Shown in pieces: positions 58,146 to 64,000 of a stretch of 64,000 nucleotides of DNA. Below the pieces are notes generated by a model. That model ran no database searches. It was not told where the DNA came from and saw only the letters and a list, made by a program, of their open reading frames with translations. The position numbers and the translations under genes were made by a program. The stretch is from assembly GCA_965202785.1 (NCBI GenBank), contig OZ241855.1, positions 1,184,001 through 1,248,000 on the forward strand, read 5' to 3'. Positions within the stretch are counted from its first letter, which is position 1; each line of letters opens with the position of its first letter. The DNA comes from Thermodesulfobacteriota bacterium. Lineage in GTDB: Bacteria > Desulfobacterota_D > UBA1144 > Nemesobacterales > Nemesobacteraceae.

Positions 58146-58811
58146 ATGCAAGAGACAAAAGCCCTTATAGTTTCTCCGCACCCGGATGACCTTGAAATAG
58201 GCATGGGAGGAACTGCCTGCCTGCTTCTGGAAAAAGGTGTTGACGTGGTTTCCGTTGTCGTTACGGATGGAAGGAGAAGTGCGAATCCCCTTGGTATCTC
58301 GCAGGAAGAACTTGTGCAGACAAGGGAACGGGAAGTCAGGGCATCCTCGGAGATACTCGGGGTGGAGGTTTCTCTTCTGAGGTTCTCCGACATGGAATCC
58401 GATTCGAACAAGCGTGAATTCAGTTCCGGGATGGCGGAAATAATAACAAGTCTCCGCCCGGGGGAGATATACCTCCCGCATCCCGAGATTGACAAGCACA
58501 GAACCCACAGGACGGTTTCGCTCCTGACGCTTGATTGTCTCAACGCGGTGCTTGGGGAAAGCCCTTTTGAGTGTGAATGCTGGTTCTATGAGGTATGGAC
58601 GCCTTTTCCTTCATACGACCGGATCGAAGATATAACGTCTTTTGCCGACCGCAAGCGCCGGGCGATTGAGGCGCACAGGAGCCAGACGGCCTACAAGGAC
58701 TACACAGACGGCATAATGGGCCTTAACAGGTACAGGGGTGCTTTTCACGACACCGCGGACGGATTCGCGCCGCTTTGGGCCGAGGTCTTCATAAAGCATG
58801 ACTCCGGGTGA
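58146..58811 (+). CDS. PIG-L/LmbE family N-deacetylase
   Basis: PHPDD..IGMGGT, TDG, R..E...S..ILG, H..H, K..AIEAHRSQ. Confidence 0.88.
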   Translation: MQETKALIVSPHPDDLEIGMGGTACLLLEKGVDVVSVVVTDGRRSANPLGISQEELVQTREREVRASSEILGVEVSLLRFSDMESDSNKREFSSGMAEIITSLRPGEIYLPHPEIDKHRTHRTVSLLTLDCLNAVLGESPFECECWFYEVWTPFPSYDRIEDITSFADRKRRAIEAHRSQTAYKDYTDGIMGLNRYRGAFHDTADGFAPLWAEVFIKHDSG

Positions 58812-58813
58812 CC

Positions 58814-59464
58814 TTATCTCGGAATATATCTTCTTTTTCTTGACCAAAGAAGCAGGTCAAATTCATCAAGACTGATTCCCAGATCGTGCGCGGCTTCCGT
58901 CATAAGGTTTTCGGTTTCAAGGTATCTTTTTTTCGTCAGTGGGTACTTCGTTTCGCCTATGACCCCCAGTTCGAAAAGGGATGCCAGATTGTTTCGGTCA
59001 AGAATCGCATAGCCTGAGAATCCCAGATTCCTCAAAAAATGGCTTGCCTGCATGTATCCGAGTCCTTTTATTCCGGGGTTTTTCGCGAAAAAATCTCTTC
59101 TTTCCACTCTGTCTTCAAAGGAGCTGACAAGTGATTTCAGGAGGAACCCGTGTTTTTCCTTAAGATATTCCCTGGTAAAAACAATATAGCGGGACGCGTT
59201 CTCGGCATACTTGTGAATTGCTCCAATGCGTCCCAGCAGTTCGTCTTCTTCTCCGTCCACGAGTTTTTCTCCTATGGCGCTCACGCATTGACCGGCTATT
59301 TTGGGGCCGACCCCGGAACTCAGTATGCAGAATGAAAGTTCACGGAAGACCTGGTGGTTGTCAGCTTCCCCAAAAGCCTGTTTGAATTCCAGCAGCCGGT
59401 TCTGTATCTCTTCTTTTTTAAGCTCGTAGAGTTCTAAAAGTTCCTGTTTTTCTTTCTCTGTCAT
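58814..59464 (-). CDS. Ogg2-type N-glycosylase/DNA lyase homologue, probably lyase-dead
   Basis: FRELSFCIL, HhH KGLGYMQASHFLRNLG (Met at the catalytic Lys position), AILD, DLLLW; ends in YIPR. Confidence 0.8.
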   Translation of the reverse strand: MTEKEKQELLELYELKKEEIQNRLLEFKQAFGEADNHQVFRELSFCILSSGVGPKIAGQCVSAIGEKLVDGEEDELLGRIGAIHKYAENASRYIVFTREYLKEKHGFLLKSLVSSFEDRVERRDFFAKNPGIKGLGYMQASHFLRNLGFSGYAILDRNNLASLFELGVIGETKYPLTKKRYLETENLMTEAAHDLGISLDEFDLLLWSRKRRYIPR

Positions 59465-59489
59465 CCGTGGGATCCTGTTTTTCGAGGCG

Positions 59490-60134
59490 TCATTTCAGTA
59501 TTTCGCCTGTTTTCTCGCTCCACAGAAACAGATCCATTTCATCGAAATCAAATCCGTTTTTCTCGGTGAACCTCTTAAACTTGTTTTCAATCTCAATGTA
59601 TTTTGACCTTGAGTGCGGTGCCCGGGCGGAGTCCGTTATGCCTAGTTCGAAGAGACACTGGAGTATGTGTTTGTCAAGAATCGCGTAGCCGCGAAAACCG
59701 ATATTTCTTAGAAAATGGCTTGCTTCCTTGAAGCCGAGCCCTTTTATATCCTTGTTGAGTGCAAGGAAGTCTCTTCGCTCTGCCGGGTCTTCAAAGGAGA
59801 GAAGAAGCGGCCTTAACTTGAGTCCGTACCGACTGGCCAAATAGTTTCTTGTGTGGATCACGTGTTTTGAGCGCACGTTTGGAAATCTGTAAACTCCCTG
59901 CAATTTCGCCCTCAGTTCGTCCTCGCTTGCCCTCGGGAGTATGCTCCTTACGGCACTAAGCGCGCTCAGTCCCATCTTCGCGCTCGTTCCGGCCGTGAAT
60001 ATGCAGAAGACGAGCTCTTCGAAGATTGCTTCTTCGGAGGCGTTTTTGATGATATTCTCAAATTCCCCGAGTTTCTTCCTTATTTCCGGGGCTTTGTGCG
60101 GAAGGTCTTCTCTTATTGACCGTACTGTCAGCAT
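59490..60134 (-). CDS. ogg: 8-oxoguanine DNA glycosylase/AP lyase (Ogg2 type)
   Basis: FEELVFCIFTA, YRFPN, KGLGFKEASHFLRNIG, AILDKHI, C-terminal TGEILK. Confidence 0.9.
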   Translation of the reverse strand: MLTVRSIREDLPHKAPEIRKKLGEFENIIKNASEEAIFEELVFCIFTAGTSAKMGLSALSAVRSILPRASEDELRAKLQGVYRFPNVRSKHVIHTRNYLASRYGLKLRPLLLSFEDPAERRDFLALNKDIKGLGFKEASHFLRNIGFRGYAILDKHILQCLFELGITDSARAPHSRSKYIEIENKFKRFTEKNGFDFDEMDLFLWSEKTGEILK

Positions 60135-60141
60135 CCGGGAT

Positions 60142-61719
60142 TTATTTGTAGATGACGAGGTTTCTTCCGGCGATCAGCGTGGTTGAAGACATATTGTTCC
60201 ACCTTTTGATCTGGGGAACCGATACCCTGTAGCGAAGCGCCAACTCGCTCAGCGTGTCGCCGGGGATTATCTTGTGGTGCAGCTTCTTCGGAACGTTCCG
60301 CGGCACATAAGTGTAGGAAAGTCTTTGTGGAATGGAAAGGGTTTTTCCCGCTATTATAAGGGAGCCCTTGAGGTTGTTAGCCCTTTTTATCTCGTCGATT
60401 GTAGTTCCGTACCTTTTTGCCAGAACGTAAATATTTTCCCCAGGGCGGATTCTATGCTTTACGTATATGACGTTTCCTCTTGTGGGTATCTTAAGCCTCT
60501 GCCCGGGGCGTATGATCGAACCCTTGAGGTTGTTTGTGTACTTGAGTTTCTCGACAGACGTTCCGAATTCCTTGGCTATTTCCCAGAGGCTGTCATTCGG
60601 TTTTACCGTGTATCTTGCGGGCCTTGTTCTGAAAGGAGTCTGAACATCCTTGAGGGTCTCCACTTCGCTTTTAACGGCAAGGAGCTTTTCTCCGTAGCCC
60701 TTGGGAACCTTAAGCTTATAGTTCTTCCCGGGAGGAGTGGAAAGTCCGACGAGCGAAGGATTATAATTGGAAATCTCTTTGTATCCCATGTCAAGGAGGT
60801 TGGCGATTTCCGCAAGGCTTTTTCTTGGTGGAACGCTCACTGCTTCATAATCTTTCCCCGTTTCCGTAATCCTGAAACCGTATTTCTCGGGGTTCTTGGC
60901 TATTATCAAAGCGGCGTTGAATTTCGGCACGTAGTTTCTTGTTTCCCTGGGAAGCCTTTTTGACACTGTCCAGAAATCGGTTGAACCCGTTTTCCTGATA
61001 GCCTTAGCCACTCTTTTCTCACCGCAGTTGTAGGCGGCGAGGGCGAGTTCCCACGAACCGAACTCGTCAAACAACTTTCTGAGATACCTGGCTGCCGCCA
61101 AGGTGGACTTCTCGGCGTTCATTCTCTCGTCTACCCAGTAGTTTATTTTCAACCCGTATTTTAGTCCGGTCGGCCTTATGAATTGCCATAGCCCGACGGC
61201 GTTCATTTTTGAGACGGCACGGGGATTAAACCCGCTTTCTATAATAGGCAGATACGCGATTTCTTCGGGAACACCCTCGGAGCGAAGAGTTTCCCTGATA
61301 TCCGGAAGATATTTCCCGGAGCGTCTGAGAATCACGGTGAAATTTCTCTTTCCTTTTCCCGAAAACCGCCGGATATAGCGATCAACCTTTGAGTTCCTTT
61401 CTATCTCGAATTTTATGTCTTCGTAACTCTGCAAAGTGTCTGCGGATTCGGCCTTCGAGGTCTCTTCGGTTCCGAGCGCCACCTGCCCGACCTGCGGGCT
61501 TTGTTCGTCAGAACTAGGAGATGATTGGGCTGCAGGGATTGGATCTGCTTGTGCGGTTTCTTCAGCTTCTTTGGTTGCTGAGATCTCTTCGCTTAACTCG
61601 GTGGATTCTGCCTGTGCTTCTTGGGAGTGTTCGTGGGGTTGCGCTAGGCTTGAGGCGGTAACGGACGCCCACGGGAGAAAAATGGCGAGGAAAACGCAAA
61701 GTATGACTTTTAAATTCAT
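60142..61719 (-). CDS. mltD: Lytic murein transglycosylase with LysM repeats (MltD-like)
   Basis: IIESGF, AVGLWQFI, LAAYNCG, ETRNYVPK, followed by LysM repeats (YTVKPNDSL, HRIRPGE, HKIIPGDTL). Confidence 0.9.
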   Translation of the reverse strand: MNLKVILCVFLAIFLPWASVTASSLAQPHEHSQEAQAESTELSEEISATKEAEETAQADPIPAAQSSPSSDEQSPQVGQVALGTEETSKAESADTLQSYEDIKFEIERNSKVDRYIRRFSGKGKRNFTVILRRSGKYLPDIRETLRSEGVPEEIAYLPIIESGFNPRAVSKMNAVGLWQFIRPTGLKYGLKINYWVDERMNAEKSTLAAARYLRKLFDEFGSWELALAAYNCGEKRVAKAIRKTGSTDFWTVSKRLPRETRNYVPKFNAALIIAKNPEKYGFRITETGKDYEAVSVPPRKSLAEIANLLDMGYKEISNYNPSLVGLSTPPGKNYKLKVPKGYGEKLLAVKSEVETLKDVQTPFRTRPARYTVKPNDSLWEIAKEFGTSVEKLKYTNNLKGSIIRPGQRLKIPTRGNVIYVKHRIRPGENIYVLAKRYGTTIDEIKRANNLKGSLIIAGKTLSIPQRLSYTYVPRNVPKKLHHKIIPGDTLSELALRYRVSVPQIKRWNNMSSTTLIAGRNLVIYK

Positions 61720-61972
61720 GTTAATTTCTTGCCTGCGGAAATCCCCTCCATATTAACTCTTGTGGTTCTTAAGTCAAAGATTGGGACGGCTATATCCCGA
61801 GGGGAGACTTCCGGTTTATTTTTCCATCAGTTATTTGTACAATAATTCTAACCACATAGTTTCAACAGTCAAAGCATATTATGGGGAATTTGGTAAGAAC
61901 GGTCCTTTTCAGGTTGTTGTTTTTCTGGGTTCCTCATGAAATCTTTTCCTTAAACATGTCGGGGGTAACAAC

Positions 61973-63085
61973 TTGAGCAAGAAAACAATTGCGGTTCTTT
62001 TCGGCGGTGTTTCGGTTGAGCATGAAGTGTCGCTTATTTCCTCGAGATTTATCATCAGCAACCTTGATCCCTCGAAATTTTCTCTGCTGCCGGTTTTCAT
62101 TTCGAAGGATGGCAGATGGCAGAGGGCCGTTCTTGAGAACTGGCAGGAGGGGCATCCTCCGGCCTTGGTTCCCGATTCCGAGATCGTTCCCATGCTCTAC
62201 GGTTCTCCCCCCGGCCGTTTCGCTGAAATAGTCAAGGGAGAGATAAAAGAGATTTTTTCCGTGGACGCCGTTTTCCCCGTTCTTCACGGAACCTTCGGCG
62301 AGGACGGATCGGTACAGGGCCTCATTGATCTTATGGGTGTTCCCTGCGTGGGCGTGGACCTGCTTGGGTCTTCGCTTTGCATTGACAAGATAGTTTCAAA
62401 AACCATCCTCAGGGATAACGGTATTCCGGTTGTCCCGTTTTTCGGTTTCGCAGGAACCGACTGGCAAAACGATAAGGAAGCAGTTCTCCGCCGCATAGAA
62501 GACGAAATAGGATTTCCCTGTTTCGTTAAATCCTCAAATCTGGGTTCAAGCGTGGGAGTTTCAAGGGTGAGTTCTCCTGGGGCGGTTGCCGATGCGGTTG
62601 AAGCCTCTTTTGATTTTTCTGAAAGGGTCATCGTTGAGAGGGCCGTGATGAATCTAAGGGAAGTGGAGGTAAGCGTAATAGGGAATCAGGACCCGCAGGC
62701 CTCGGTTCCGGGGGAACTGGTTGTGGAAGGAGGCTTTTATGATTACGAAAAGAAGTACCACGACGAGTCAACTCAATTCCGGATTCCATGTGACCTTGAC
62801 CGCGAGACTCGGGAGAGGGTGAGAACCCTCGCTCTTGCTTCCTATACTGCCCTTTGCTGTACCGGTATGGCGAGGGTGGATTTTCTGGTTGACGCCGATA
62901 CGGATCAGGTGTTTGTAAGCGAGATAAACACAATCCCCGGATTTACTCCCATAAGCATGTACCCTAAACTCTGGGAGGCAAGCGGGCTCCGCGTCGGGGA
63001 GATGCTTGAGATGCTTGTTGAACTGGCCGAGCGGAGACATCGGATTAGAAGGGAACTCAGAACGGATTTCTCCGGTTCCGGCTAG
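61973..63085 (+). CDS. ddl: D-alanine-D-alanine ligase
   Basis: GGVSVEHEVS, LHGTFGEDG, GSSVG, FYDYEKKY, EINTIPGFT, SMYP. Confidence 0.96.
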   Translation: MSKKTIAVLFGGVSVEHEVSLISSRFIISNLDPSKFSLLPVFISKDGRWQRAVLENWQEGHPPALVPDSEIVPMLYGSPPGRFAEIVKGEIKEIFSVDAVFPVLHGTFGEDGSVQGLIDLMGVPCVGVDLLGSSLCIDKIVSKTILRDNGIPVVPFFGFAGTDWQNDKEAVLRRIEDEIGFPCFVKSSNLGSSVGVSRVSSPGAVADAVEASFDFSERVIVERAVMNLREVEVSVIGNQDPQASVPGELVVEGGFYDYEKKYHDESTQFRIPCDLDRETRERVRTLALASYTALCCTGMARVDFLVDADTDQVFVSEINTIPGFTPISMYPKLWEASGLRVGEMLEMLVELAERRHRIRRELRTDFSGSG

Positions 63086-63088
63086 GAT

Positions 63089-64000
63089 TCACTTACCGAG
63101 AATGTCGTTTTTCTGTCCCCGGAAAAGCACAAGGAAGACGACTCCGGCGATTATTGAGGCTCCGCCGAGAAGTTTCGTAACCGACGGCAGGTCGTCGAAG
63201 AAGACATGCGCGAGGATCAGCACGAAGATCGATTCCATCGGCATGACGGCGGTTGTTCGTGAGATGTCGAGAAGCTTTATGGCGTGAAACTGACTTCCTT
63301 TTGCTATATACGCTCCGCATGCGCCTCCACCCGCCATCACAAGTGCCTGTTTTAGGCTTGGAGGCTCAAATGTCCCGGTGAGTATTAGGTAAATGAAAAG
63401 GACTATGGAGACTCCCAGGGTTCTGAGCGTCGCGACTGTCAGCATGTTCAGGTCCTGCGCTATCTTCTTTACCATGAAAGATAAAAAGGAATATAAAAAC
63501 GCGGCCCCGAGAGCCATAGCGGTTCCGAAAATGAGGTAATCCTCTCTTTGGTAGGCGACCACCGCTCCACCGGCCACCGTCAAGGCTATTCCTACGCTCT
63601 CTCCCTTGTTGAGCCTCTCACCGAGGAAGATTATGCCGAGCAGAAGCGCGAAGAGCGTCTGCGCCTTCATCAGGAACGAGGTAAGGGCCGGCCCGATCGT
63701 CCAGAGCGCAACCATCCACAAGGCGGCCCCTGCCGAGGTTATAACGGAACTCCAGATGAAAATGGCGCGGTACTCTCGGATTCTTCTGAGTTCCTTTCTC
63801 TGCGAGCGAAGAAACGGAAACAGGATTAAGGCGACCACAAAAGCCCCGAAGAACCAGAAAAAAGTGGTGGTCTCGGGGTGAAGGTCGCTTCGCTCAAGCG
63901 CCTTTCCTATTGCGTAGGAAAGCGCCGTGAAAAAAGCGGTGGCTATCAGAAAGAGATAACCCTTTATGGGAAGTTTTTCTTCTTTATTTCTTTTATTCAT
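63089..64000 (-). CDS. DMT/EamA family transporter
   Basis: Ten predicted TM helices in two repeats; IFLGERL motif. The ATG lies at the window edge. Confidence 0.88.
   Translation of the reverse strand: MNKRNKEEKLPIKGYLFLIATAFFTALSYAIGKALERSDLHPETTTFFWFFGAFVVALILFPFLRSQRKELRRIREYRAIFIWSSVITSAGAALWMVALWTIGPALTSFLMKAQTLFALLLGIIFLGERLNKGESVGIALTVAGGAVVAYQREDYLIFGTAMALGAAFLYSFLSFMVKKIAQDLNMLTVATLRTLGVSIVLFIYLILTGTFEPPSLKQALVMAGGGACGAYIAKGSQFHAIKLLDISRTTAVMPMESIFVLILAHVFFDDLPSVTKLLGGASIIAGVVFLVLFRGQKNDILGK

Noticed and set aside
1-64000. CRISPR arrays, rRNA, tRNA, integrase or transposase genes
   Set aside because: I recognised no regularly spaced repeats, cloverleaf/T-loop signatures or recombinase motifs by eye. 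A tRNAscan/Rfam run would be needed to exclude short RNAs.

Overview
Bacterial chromosome segment of about 47 protein-coding genes. The backbone is housekeeping genes with Deltaproteobacteria-like proteins: glyA-nrdR-tatD-pdxA, nuoABCD, ftsK-lolA, parAB-purSQ, pgpA-cinA-recA, tsaB-ilvB, priA-glnE, carD, nuoF, gatB, ddl. I infer, without a database check, a marine sponge symbiont such as Candidatus Dadabacteria. Several accessory insertions interrupt the backbone. (1) A ~14.5 kb five-gene cluster matching the sponge-symbiont 'sup' PKS system: a KS-AT-DH-MT-ER-KR-ACP-KS-AT megasynthase, free ACP, Sfp-type PPTase, alpha/beta hydrolase and NCS2 permease. It has several non-canonical active-site motifs and a permease fused to a degenerate anti-sigma-factor-like domain. 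(2) An AT-rich single-gene island after recA encoding a superfamily-1 helicase with an N-terminal RelE/ParE-like domain, a candidate one-gene defence system. (3) An AbrB-PIN toxin-antitoxin module inside pgpA-cinA. (4) Orphan S41 peptidase, substrate-binding protein and SulP genes. There is also a tandem pair of Ogg2-type 8-oxoguanine glycosylases, one lacking the catalytic Lys. Many normally contiguous operons (nuo, pur, ilv, gat) are fragmented. I recognised no rRNA, tRNA, CRISPR array, integrase or transposase. All calls come from motif reading by eye; no searches were run.
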